A stretch of 64,000 nucleotides of DNA from Protoeuglena noctilucae. Its lineage: Eukaryota. The position numbers and the translations under genes were made by a program. Location of the stretch: contig OY253676.1 in NCBI GenBank assembly GCA_958009085.1, positions 682,001-746,000 of the forward strand, in the 5' to 3' direction. This document shows, one piece after another, positions 53,305 through 64,000 of this stretch (positions are counted from its first letter, which is position 1; every line of letters starts with the position of its first letter). The notes under the pieces were generated by a model, which worked only from the letters and a program-made list of their open reading frames with translations, made no database searches and was not told the origin of the DNA.

Positions 53305-55918
53305 ATGATGGCGATGAAGAGCCTTTGGCAGGCCGTGCGTGGCCGAGCCGCATGGTTCCTCCTCTGCGTCGCGGCCATGGCCTTACGCGCCTCCGCTGCC
53401 TCCTCCAGACACTGCACAGCGCAGCATTACGTCCGGATCTCCTCCGACGGTGAGGCGCCGGCCGCGGGGCGGCTGGAATGCGATCGCAGGAGCGCAGCAT
53501 CCCCGATCGCTGGCTGCCGTCGCCGCTTTGCGTCCCAGTCTTAACTGCCGTACTTAATCCGAACATAACGGCTAGGGTCAAAGTGGCAGATGCTGGCGAG
53601 AAGCGTCATCGATGACAAATTGGTCGGATGACCACCAATCGATGACAAATGGGCTTAATGGCCGCCGCCTGCCCGCCCTCCCCGCAGCGTGCATGTCGGC
53701 CCTGGCCGTGGACCAGGTGCAGCTGCTCGGGGCCCACAACACGTACCACCAGGTCCCCACGAGCCGGTCGTTCCTCCAGACCATCATGCAGGGGCTCGTC
53801 ATCGACGGGTTCCTCACATCCGGCGACCAGGCCATCGCCCAGGCCTTCGCGCGCCGCCTCAGCCTCAACTACAACAACTACACGGACATCCTCTCCACGC
53901 ACGGGATCAGCGCTGTCGAGATCGACCTGTGGAAGGACACCCAGGGAGGCCGCTTCCGCTACGCTGCCCTCAAGAAGCTCATCGGCGCCACTTCGGGCGT
54001 CAGCGGGGACCTGGGAGCCGCCATGTCGGTCCCGGGATACAAGGTCATGCACAACATCGACGTTGTGAGTGCTAGCGCAGCGCACAGCACATACGCGCGG
54101 GGACGTGTTCCCGATAACCCTTGGCTGCCAGCCATGCCATAAGCACTTCATGGTGAGCTGGCGTTTGTGACTGCTCTCATGCCTGGCCGTCCACTGCACA
54201 CGCATACCGCACGTGTTGCAATCGGCGCAGGACTACGGCACCAGCTGCCAGACGTTTGTGGACTGCCTGGGCGCCATCAACGCCACCCTCTCGTCAGCCA
54301 AGTACCCCATCTTCCTGCACATGGAGTACAAGAGCAGCCAGTCCAACACGGGCCCTTTCCTCGACGCGGTGCGTGATGACCTAGGTTGTTACGCTCTCAC
54401 CAATCTCGGGCCCCACTTGTCCATGCACTCAGGCCCACATCTGACCCTGCTTTTAGCTCTTTAGCTGACCCTGCACTTGGCCCTGCACTGACCCCCACAC
54501 GTGACCCTGCACTGAGTCCCACGCGTGACCCTGCACTCAACCCTACGCGCGACCCCACCCGCAGTCGTTCGGAGCGGGCACGTCGACCAAGGTCAATGCT
54601 CAGCTGGCTCAGATCCCGGGAGAGCCCACGGCCTTAGCGACCGCGGAGGCCGCGGCTTCGACGGACTGGTCCGACATCCAGACGACAATCCTGTCGCAGA
54701 TCCCCCGCAGCATGATTGTGGCACCCAGCGACATCACGGTGGTCAACAGCACGGTCAGCTGGCCCTCGCTCAAGGACGTGGCTGGCAAGATCTTCTTGCT
54801 GGGACAGGGCGAGTACACGGACCAGATCACGGCCCTCGGCGCAAGCCGCGTTATCCACAGGTGACAGCGGAGGCGATGAAGGGCTTGCGGTGGTTGGTCA
54901 GTCATGCCTCACAGATGGGGCCGTGAGACACAGGTAGCTGCGTCGTGCAGTTCCACTCACTGTCGGTCCGTCAAGGGCTCACCCCGCATCACCCTGCTTG
55001 TCGTTGCTGATGGGCGCAGGTACTGGACTCTTGGCTCCACTACCGACACTGCGACGTTGCTCAACACCAACAGCACCACGCCCGCCCCAGCCACCCAGGA
55101 CATGCTCTTCTTAGAAGCGCCGGGCACAGACGCGGCCACGCAGGCCCTCATCCCCAAGTTCGTCGCCCAGGTGCGGGCATGTGCTGGCTACCCCTGCATG
55201 GCTGCTACATGTCTGCCCGCGGCGGCCCTCGCTGTCGATACTGCTCTCCCCAGGCATGACACGAAGGCACGGGTACTCCCATGCTGGCGCACCGATTCAA
55301 CTCCCCTCGTTCACAACCCCGCAGAGGCAGATTGTGACGGGCTTAGGGGCGTTCATGGACAAGGCCTACGCGTCGATGAATAAGACCCAGTCAGTGAGCG
55401 ACACATTGACATCCGCCAACTCGTACATCAGCACGTACGGCGCGCTCGGCACACACGTGATCAAGACGGACTTCCTGGTCGACCAGTCGGTGCAGCTGAG
55501 CGTCAATGACAAGAACGGCGCTCCGCTGATCAGCGCCGAGACCTTCGGCACGGTGAGACGTTTGTGAGCATGTCAAAGTCTCTGTAATGATTTGCTGGTT
55601 GTGGCCCACTCACGCAAGCACTGCCGCCATGGTGTGCCCGAATGAGGTATACCTTTGCATTGCATGCTTGGAAGCCACCCCTAGGCCGTCCTTGCTCCCA
55701 AGCCACGCCTTCGCCCTCGTGCCCCGCAGGTCGGCTTCAACACGACGGGCACCGTGGGCGGCGTCATGCAGTGCAACAGCGTCACCGCTCCCAAAAGCGC
55801 CAAGGACATGGGCTGCTGCGTGCCAGACACGATCCAATGCTCGGGCGCGATGGCGTGGCGCGTCGGCACGCCCCTTCTGGCCCTTGCCGCCGTCCTGGCC
55901 GTGCTCCTCGCGGCCTAA
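53305..55918 (+). CDS. Secreted, probably GPI-anchored PI-PLC X-domain-like phosphodiesterase (Ca2+-dependent bacterial type)
   Basis: Signal peptide (WFLLCVAAMALRASA), QVQLLGAHNTYH, VEIDLWKD, GYKVMHNIDVDYGTSC and WPSLKDVAGKIF. Hydrophobic terminus PLLALAAVLAVLLAA*. 6 introns. Confidence 0.75.
54481..54552 (+). repeat. Intronic 24-bp tandem repeat x3, with degenerate copies upstream to about 54440
   Basis: CCCTGCACTGACCCCCACACGTGA / CCCTGCACTGAGTCCCACGCGTGA / CCCTGCACTCAACCCTACGCGCGA, directly before the 3' splice site at 54564. Confidence 0.85.
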
Positions 55919-56535
55919 CGTGCCCCGACGCTTCCGTTCACATGTGTAGTTCCTCTCGAGCCGATCCCCATTCACAAGCGCAGCTACTCGAGCTGATCTC
56001 CGCGATTATCGCTTAGGTGCGGTACCGTTACAGTCGTGTTTTCGTGATGGCAGCCCAAAACTATCTCAGCATCTCAGCAGAGCACATCAATGACGTGAGG
56101 CCAGTGCCGTACATCGTGACCCAACAGCGCATGCGAATGCCCCGATGTGAATTTGAAGCGACAGAGACACAGAGCACCGCTAGCCAACATGAGTAACGAT
56201 GCTCCTGACCTGTCGGGTCGTGTCCATGCATGCGTGCAGCTTAGCCAGCTATGGTGCCCCATTGGAGTTCGTCCAAAGCCACAGCGCCACCGCGAACAGC
56301 ACACCCAGAGTCCCCTCCCGGACAACCAGCCTGCATGTGCGCATGGATGGAGGGCAGGTGGCATAGTGCTTGCTCAGACATTTGGCAAGCTTGATCCTGG
56401 AAAGTGGTGTCTTTGCCGCGTAGCGTGGAGTGTGCACTCATGCCCCGACTGTCCAGCGCCATGTCTCATGTCCCACGCTGTGCAATGGCACCGTGAGTCT
56501 TGACCAATCATATCCCAGCTCTCTCTAGAGGCCTC

Positions 56536-58269
56536 TTACCTGACCCACCGGCCCACACCGCCCTCGTCCCCACCCAGCCCCGCCAGGTCCCTGAACCGCA
56601 GGTGGTGGTTGTGGAAATGGCGCAAAACGTACGTTACCCCCCGCACGTGGCCCTTGCCCACGACCCCCACCACCGTCCTGCGAGCGTCGCTAAGGAAGCG
56701 TGTCATGCCGTCGTCCATGATTCGAAGCAAACATAATAACCGGGGTCGATTGGTCAGCAAGAATCGACCTCCGCTGCAACCCCAACCGCCCTCGCGCGCA
56801 CCTGCACCCGTTCACCGCTCGCGACCGCTTCAGCGTCCACCCCAGGTACAGATCCCTCTCGTGCAGCATCGCACGAGCCAGTCCCTGCGGCACCCCTTCA
56901 CGCTGCATGACTCCCGCCAAATCATCCGCCAATCCCGACCCACGCAGCGCCCCCGACTCCCCAACCGTCCGCACCGATGCCTCCGTCCCCGCCCCGCTCG
57001 CCACCCCTTGCGTACCCGCGACACCCGCCGACCCTGCTCGCAGATCGCTGCGCTCTGCCGCTTGGGCCCGGACCGCGTCCACCCTCGCCCGCACCTCCTC
57101 GCCTCCGCGCATCCCACTCCCGACCAGCGCCGCCAGCACAGCCAGCCTGTCGCGCCGCCCCAGCAGGTCCCACGCCCGACGCAGCGTGATCTCGATGGGC
57201 CGGTCCCCCAGCACCACCTGCGCCCCGCACGCCTCCGCCGCTGCCCGCGCGGCCCTCATGTCCGTCCCCGGGACCGTCCCCGCCGCGCGCATGAGCGATC
57301 CGTACATGGCACTCACTGCAATCTGCATCAGCAGCCCCGACTGACCCCCGAGCCTGGCGGAGCGAAGTGCGGCCTCCCAGGGGCTTCTGCCCCAAAGCCC
57401 AGTGGAGTTGAAGGCTTTCGAATCACTTGCGTCCGCATCGTCGAGGTACAGGACGCCCGAGCGTGACCGGCACAGCTCCACCACGACGCACTGAGGCCCA
57501 ACGGCCGCCTGCAGGGGGTGCTTGCGGCCGCTGCTTCCATCTGGCAGCACAACACGTGCAGCCACGCAGCAGCCAACATGGCCATGCGCTGCAGTCGGCG
57601 ATCGGCGCGGAACTCACAATCACTCGGCCCACGTGGCCGGCGCTCTCGTTGCTCCAGTGGTCGGTGCCCACCAGAAACACCACCTCAGGCTCCTGCGAAG
57701 AGGGTTAGGCATCGACAATAAGCAAGACCGTCTGGATGGTATCATACATAGTATCTGCCTTTGGATAGCCCTGCTCGCCTGGTAACCGTCGGAGCGGCGC
57801 TCGACGTAGGCAGCGGGGCGCATGACGGCGACCACGACGCCCGCGTCGAAGAGGTCCTTCAGTTCCGGGTGGACGTTCACAGCCCACGCCGCGTCCGCAG
57901 CGCCGTCTTCGCTGCAGGACAGGAGAGACGCCGTGGCTGTTGCTTCGCGACGGCACCCATCTCACTCTAGGGCTGCATGCGAGCCGGATGCGAGCATGCA
58001 AGGGCTCCATTGCCTCTAGTTAAAGCCTCTCACCTGTGATTGTACCCCGCTGGCGGTCCCTGGTTCGCGAAAGCACGCACGGCAGCGTCGTCCCCGCTGC
58101 CGTTGCCCCCGCTTGTGACGCGGCCCAGCTCACCACCTCCACTGCTCAAGCCGTGTACTGCTTTCACGGACACAGCGTCCCGTCGACTCCGGAAGCATGC
58201 GGGGGCAGGGGAGGCCACAAAGAGCGAGCACGAGCGCAGCACGGGGGCCCGCATGCCGCCGCCACGCAT
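56536..58269 (-). CDS. TraB/PrgY/gumN domain protein, organellar
   Basis: EPEVVFLVGTDH, VVVELCRSR, VVLGDRPIEITLRRAW, LHERDLYL and VVGVVGKGHVRGV. Transit-like N-terminus. One GC-AG intron. Confidence 0.88.
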
Positions 58270-58695
58270 GCGAGGCTCGGGCCAACTGGCTTGCTAACTT
58301 GTAATGAGGAGACGCTCTCAGGGGTGTGGAGCCAGTCAAGTTCCAGCCCAGCGAGCAGCCAGATTGCGAGTGTTGGCGCAAGTACACCTGGGTTTCTGCC
58401 ATTTACAATCCTCTAATCAGGCTGCGCGTGGATATTGTCCAGCACTGTTCCACCACCGAGCATTGCAGGCCGCCCGCTGTGACTGCCACGCCGTAAATTC
58501 TCAAGCGACGAGTTCTTCGCGCAGGAGGGGCTGGGCGGCCGTCGTCGCGGTTTGACAGGCAGGTCAGCTGACATGGTGGGAGAGAGGAATCCAGAGTGTG
58601 GCTCAGGCAACGCGCGGTGGCCGCTCCTGGTTCAATTCCGCTTGGCCGCTGGGATCATCGACCGTTGGCCAATACCGCCCGCGCAGAGCCAGAAG

Positions 58696-61136
58696 ATGCA
58701 CCGGAAGGGCAACAAGTGGTATGACGACGACGATTTGGATTACGAGGTGCGGGTTAGCGGCCAATGGATGGCGCGGCGACTCCAGCGCTGCGTGCCTGGG
58801 ACCCCCCCACTCTCATGCCCCTCTCATGCGTCCCGTGGCTCTAGGAAGACGACTACTACGACGACTATGATGAACCTGGACCTGCTCCTAAGCCGCAACC
58901 AAAGTGAGGGGGTCGTCTGAGCGAAAAGCGCCGCGGCGAGGGGTTGCATTGTTCTTCACACATGCTGCCGTGCCTCATGGCCGCAGACCAGCGGCCGCGA
59001 GCAAGCCCGCGAGCGCGATGGCAGCGGCGGTGAAGCCACCGGCGAAGAAGGGCGGCAAGGGCGCACAGCAGGCGCCTCCCCAGACCTTCCCGGCCGCTCC
59101 CCAGGGCTCGGCCTTTGATTTCGCGATGCCAAGCCCCGATGACGAGGCGAGGCGGGCGCGGAGGCGGCCGGGCGAAGCACCGGGAACCTCCGCCGCCGCC
59201 GCCCCGGCCCCTGCGGCCCCCGCCACCGGCCCCGTCCCTGCGTACCGCCCCCCGGCGTCGTTCGTCCCGGACCCGACCGTCCTCGCCCAGTGCCGATCTC
59301 TGGCGGACGCGGAGGCGGAAGGCGCGGGCGGCAAGGGCCGGCTGCACCTTGCCGTGCTGGGTCACGTGGACGCCGGCAAGAGCACCCTGGTGGGTCGCGT
59401 GCTGCACGAGGCGGGCGAGGTGTCGGCGCAGCAAGTGGCGCGGGCGGCGAGGGAGGCGGAGCGGCTCGGGAAGGGCTCCTTTGCGTGGGCGTTCTTGCTC
59501 GACGAGAGGAGCGACGAGAGGGAAAGGGGAGTCACGGCAGACGTCGGCACAGGTGCGCGGTGCAGCGTAGGGCCACGGTGGGAACGGGACAGTTGCGAAG
59601 CAGAGCGGAACCGAACTGAACAACGAGGGGAGTTGTTGGCGTGATTATCATTAGCTATCTCCTTTCCTTGCATAGGACTGTGCAGGTACCCCACCACACA
59701 CATGCACCCCCATTCGATCCAACACGCACACCGCCGCCCTCTCCCCTCGCAGCCGTCTTCCAGACCCCCCGTCGCGTGGTGACGGTCCTGGACTCGCCCG
59801 GCCACCGCGACTTCGTGCCGAAGATGATCGTGGGCGCTGGCATGGCCGATGCCGCTGTGTTGGTCATCGATGGGGCACTGGGGGGCTTTGAGGCTGGGTT
59901 CAAGGAACCTGACTCGGGCCCGGGGGCCAACCCGGCGGCGGTGGGGGGCCAGACTAGGGAACACGCGCACCTGGCGCGCAACCTGGGCATCGTGGCGCTG
60001 GTCGTGGCCATCACCAAACTCGACACGGTCCCGGGCGGGGCGGCGGCGGCCCAGGCGCGCTTCGCGGCCATCCGCGAGGACCTCGGGGTGTTCCTGGAGT
60101 CGGTGGGGTTCGAACCCGCGCGCGTCAGCTGGGTGCCCGTGGTGCCGACGCTGGGCGAGAACGTGGCGGCTGCCCCGTCTCCCAAAGGGGCACTTGCGTG
60201 GTGGGGTGGGCCCACCCTCCTGGGGGCGGTGGACGCGTTGCCGGTGCGGGAGCGGCCCGTGGTGGCGCCGGCGAGGGTGACGGTGGCGGAGGTGGACAAG
60301 AAGCGGGGCCTGGGGGTGTATGTGGGGGGTCGTGTCGAGGCAGGGGCGCTGCGGGTGGGGTCGCGGGTGGTGGTCATGCCGGGAGGCGAGACTCACGTAG
60401 TCAAGGGCCTGGAGGTGCATGGGCGAACCGTGGAGATCGCGCGGGCGGGGGATGCAGCGGCGGTTGGGCTGGGCGATGCGGATGCGGTGACGCTCCGGCG
60501 GGGCTGCGTGGTTTGCGAGGCGGGGTTTCCGGTGCACGTGGCCCGGCGGGTCGCATGCGAGGTCGCCGTGATCGACACTGCCATTCCCATCATCCCGGGG
60601 TTCCAAGGCGAGGGTTGGGGTGGGATGGGGTGGCGCGTGCCACGCCCTTTGCGCTTGCGGCGGTTGATGTGGGGGTATCGCGCAGAACAGGTGTCGCACC
60701 CTCGCCTGGTCTTGCGCGTCGGCGATAGAGTCTAGGTCCAAGACCATCCTCGGGCTCCGTGTCGCGCAGGCGTGCTGCACATGCACACCGACTCCGCGGA
60801 GTGCACGGTCGAGAAGCTCGTGTGCCTCAAAAACACCCACACGGGCGAGGTAATCCGGGAGAGGCCGCGGGTGCTCAACCAGGGGCAGGTGACACCGCAG
60901 AATGCCACAGTTCCTTCGCGCTCCGCTGCACTTACACGTTCGGCCATCGCCGTCGCACCCGCCCTCACAGCACCGTCGCTGCCTCCGCTCGCCCGCAGTG
61001 CGCCGTGGTCCACTTGCACGTCCCGAGCGGCATCTGCTGCGAGGCGTTTGCGGACATCCCCGCCCTGGGCCGCCTGGCGGTGCGGGACGCGGGCCGCACG
61101 GTGTTTGCGGGGGTGGTCGTCGAGGTGCTCGAGTAG
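58696..61136 (+). CDS. HBS1: HBS1-like translational GTPase
   Basis: Acidic N-terminus YDDDDLDYE, G1 GHVDAGKST, GKGSFAWAFLLDE..ERERGVT, DSPGHRDFVPKMI, GQTREH, and C-terminal LGRLAVRDAGRTVFAGVV*. Confidence 0.9.
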
Positions 61137-61276
61137 GGTAGCAACTGGGACGGGCAGCTAGCAACTAAGACATGCAGCACTTCACGCTGTTTCAAAGACA
61201 TCCTGCCACCCCAATCCTGCCACCTGCATGTGACTAGGACATCCACCAACACGAAGCTGTCTAGCGCTACCCTACC

Positions 61277-62857
61277 CTACCCAATCGGCACGTAGCCCCA
61301 CACTTGCCACGCCAGTCCCCGACTCCGGTCCCACTTGCACCCCACCGCGCCCCAGGCACGCTCCAGCGTTCCGTCAAAGTCGTGGCCGATCCCGCACCTC
61401 CACCGAGCCGCCAGGCGAAGCCCCTCTTGCCCGCCCCACGTCGCCGTCGCACCCCGGGCCTCGCTGCCCAGCACCAACCGGGTTCTGACCCTCCCTAGCG
61501 CAGGCCGACAGTCCACAGACACCCGCGTGCGACCCCAGGGGCCCCGCAGCACTTGCCCCGTCACGCCCGCATGGAGCGACGTCCCCGCCCCGCTCTCCCA
61601 CCGCGTCCGCGCCTCCCATTGAATGCGCTCCGATGACCCCGCGCGAAGGCGACCGTGCACAACGCGCACGCCCCAGGAGCCTGCCCCTGCCGTGTCATTG
61701 CGCGCAGCCACCCCCACGTGCGCCTGGGCCGTTCGCGTCTGCGCGATACGCTCGTTCGCTCCGTCCTGATCGGAAAGCAACGGCATCGAACTCTGTTGGC
61801 ACCCAGGAAGCGCCACGTCCGCAGCCCACTCCACCTCCCTCACAGCACGGTGATCGTGCGACAGCCGGAGCCGCGCCGCATGCAGGCCCCTCGCGCCCTT
61901 CTCAGCCCTCCAAGCCAGCGTCGCGCGCCCGTCTATTGCGCTGCTTCCCGAAGGCCCCACCTCCCCTCGGTGGCTGTAAACCCAGCGACCCAGAAGGGGC
62001 ACCTCGCTGACGGACGCCGCACCGCTCCAACCGGCGTCGCTGCGTGTCACCGACAGGCTGGATTGTGCGCAGGTGGTGTCTTGCGAGGATGCCACGTCAG
62101 CGTCCTCGGCAGTTCCCGGCCGCTCCTGCCCCTCTCTATTGATGCGACTCTCCTCGCCGCGCAAAGACTTGGTCGCCGCAGCCGTCCACGACCATTGCTG
62201 CCGACCCGAGCCCGAGCCGCTTGCGCTGTCCCAAGACTGCCCCGGCTGGCTTCTCTCCCCGCTCCTCTCGCCTCCCTCATGCCGCGCGCATGATCGTGGC
62301 AGCTCCGGGTTCGTCACCAAGACGGTGGTGTTTACCTCCACGTCCTTCGCAAATCCGCACGTGCCGTGCCAGTTTGCAGACGCCCCAGGGCCATCCAGGG
62401 CGCTCAGGGGGATTTCCAAAGGCTCGTGGGGTCCGGCAAAGCGCGCCCCTGCGGCCGGTGCACGAACACGTCTCTTTCTGCAGCCGTACGGCTCCGATGC
62501 GCGGCAGGACGAATGATTTCTCACCCTTGGGCATTGTGAAAGAGATGCTTGCTTGATAGGGCCGGGCATTCGCACCCTCTTCTCTGCTGGAGATGTAGCC
62601 ATCGTCGTACGCCCAGCGGAGTAGCGCGGCCTCCCTGCACGTCCAGGACGCCAGGTGCATTTTACAGTTTGCGCTTCAGCAGGAACGCACAGCCTGCGAC
62701 AGTCAGATAGGGCCACCCACCTCGCTTGGGCCGGCCATGCGAGCTCTCCAGCCGCGATGGGCTCGAGCACGGGCCGATTCGTGCCCATATCGGCAAGTAC
62801 ATGGTTTGAGCTACATCCGGTCGCTCGGTTACATCGCAGGAGGCTGAGCGAACCCAA
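61277..62857 (-). CDS. Uncharacterised protein with beta-strand-rich C-terminal half (5' structure uncertain)
   Basis: A 526-codon ORF fills the gap between the HBS1 3' end and the next divergent gene. The C-terminal 250 aa show alternating hydrophobic/polar strands. Confidence 0.4.
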   Translation of the reverse strand: MGSLSLLRCNRATGCSSNHVLADMGTNRPVLEPIAAGELAWPAQARWVALSDCRRLCVPAEAQTVKCTWRPGRAGRPRYSAGRTTMATSPAEKRVRMPGPIKQASLSQCPRVRNHSSCRASEPYGCRKRRVRAPAAGARFAGPHEPLEIPLSALDGPGASANWHGTCGFAKDVEVNTTVLVTNPELPRSCARHEGGERSGERSQPGQSWDSASGSGSGRQQWSWTAAATKSLRGEESRINREGQERPGTAEDADVASSQDTTCAQSSLSVTRSDAGWSGAASVSEVPLLGRWVYSHRGEVGPSGSSAIDGRATLAWRAEKGARGLHAARLRLSHDHRAVREVEWAADVALPGCQQSSMPLLSDQDGANERIAQTRTAQAHVGVAARNDTAGAGSWGVRVVHGRLRAGSSERIQWEARTRWESGAGTSLHAGVTGQVLRGPWGRTRVSVDCRPALGRVRTRLVLGSEARGATATWGGQEGLRLAARWRCGIGHDFDGTLERAWGAVGCKWDRSRGLAWQVWGYVPIG

Positions 62858-63356
62858 GCAGCCAGCCCCCTCGTGCCAGTGGTACGCCCCTGCGCAAGCC
62901 CATCTCCTGTGACGCGCGGCCCATGACGGCGTGAGATATTATTGTGGATGCTAAAGTAAACCATCGCTGCGTTAGTAGCCATTTTCGTTGTCCCCGCGGG
63001 ACAGGGGAGGCGAAAACACTTCCCGTTGTTGCTTCTTAGCATTTTTACGAATCGCAGGCGGAGGCCTGATTATGTCGTGCGCCAGCCTCGCCCCGATGAC
63101 GGCTTCATGTGCGACGGGGACTCCGCCCGGCACGGCACTCGGGTGCGCGGCCTCGGCGCTGCAGTAGGGGCAGTCGCACGCATACCAGCATTGCAAGCTT
63201 CATGACCCAATCCTGGTCGGTCATATCTCGCGCTGCAAAGCACATCCATTCTATATTTGTGGCGCAACCAAACCTTCTGCATGTTCTCATCACCTCCCGG
63301 CTGACTGACGGTGAGCCCTCCGTCCTGCCTGCAGTGTCGGCGCGCCATGCCCAGCC

Positions 63357-63945
63357 ATGGCGGAACGAGTGGCCCGCACGATCGCCGAGTATCGCGCGGC
63401 CGCGCAGAATCCCTCGAAGGACGCCGCTAGCCCCGCTGTGCAGCGCGCGCTGACGATGCTCACGAGGAAGGTCGCCGAGTTGGAGTCGGCTCTGCGACAG
63501 AGCAACCAGGTGCCTGAAGCGAGATGCCACATGCCGTTGCACTCTGAGAGACCCGACAGGAACCTCATTCTCCGCCCAAGTCACCTACACGATCGCAGGA
63601 GCGGGACGCTGCACTTGCGCAGGCATCGACAGCGCAGCACGACTTAAAGAGCGCAGTTGAGGAGTCCGCGCGGCTGCGGGAGTCGGAGGCCCGTCGCGCT
63701 GCCGAGGAGGTGGCGCTGCGGGCGGAGTTGCGGGAGGCGGGGCGCGTGGCGGCAGCGGGGAGGGAGGCAGCAGAGAGAGTACAGGCACTGGAGGCAGGGG
63801 CAGCAGAGTCCCGGGCCGCGCTGGGGAAAGCGGAGGCCGAACTAGCGCGGTCCAAGGAGGCGGCGGGTGCGCTGGAGGCGGAGCTGCGGACCTTGCGTGC
63901 GGAGCGTGAGGCGGGACGCGATGCCGAGCTGGAGCTGGTGCAGGT
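63357..63945 (+). CDS. 3'-partial coiled-coil protein
   Basis: ATG 63357, intron about 63510-63598, Ala/Glu/Arg heptads (LTRKVAELESALRQ..LEAELRTLRAE). A donor CAG|GTGTGA near 63944 means the gene continues past the window. Confidence 0.6.
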
Positions 63946-64000
63946 GTGACGCAGTGCCAGGCACAGGACATGCGATGCGGCGCAAGGCAATTCGCGTACA

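Noticed and set aside
54481..54552. Possible CRISPR-like array
   Set aside because: Contiguous tandem units without unique spacers, inside a eukaryotic intron, with no cas genes.
7262..55918. Lipid-metabolism cluster (PEAMT, MGD1, START protein, PLC)
   Set aside because: Spread over about 48 kb among unrelated genes and acting in different compartments, so chance is sufficient.
61267..61282. (TACCC)3 telomere-like run
   Set aside because: Only three units, not the TTTAGGG or TTAGGG type, and it overlaps an ordinary stop codon.

Overview
Gene-dense, very GC-rich (roughly 70% by eye) eukaryotic nuclear DNA with short spliceosomal introns. It is almost certainly a flagellated chlorophyte green alga with a CO2-concentrating mechanism: LCIB, MGD1, NPSN and IFT56 are present and the genetic code is standard. 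Manual splicing gives about 28 intron-containing protein genes, mostly on alternating strands: CS-domain protein, PRP40, a 45-aa wound-induced-basic-protein microgene missing from the ORF track, PEAMT, MRT4, F-box/Zn-finger, HYPK, DNAJC17, RIF1-like, STI1-domain, MGD1, SKP1-like, IF1-like, NUB1, SAM-domain, NPSN, peroxisomal HIBYL-CoA hydrolase, transaldolase-like, IFT56, START/cyclase, isochorismatase, HVA22, LCIB, PI-PLC-like, TraB, HBS1, an unknown beta-rich protein and a partial coiled-coil gene. I found no rRNA, tRNA, CRISPR or recognisable transposon. The strongest unexpected signal is at least 13 GC-AG introns among roughly 120 (about 10%), with a tight AG|GCRMG donor consensus. Other highlights are a transaldolase with Arg at the Schiff-base Lys, a PEAMT with a vestigial second domain, and a secreted, probably GPI-anchored bacterial-type PI-PLC. 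All gene models are hand-spliced predictions and family calls rest on remembered motifs, not database searches; some 5' ends are uncertain.
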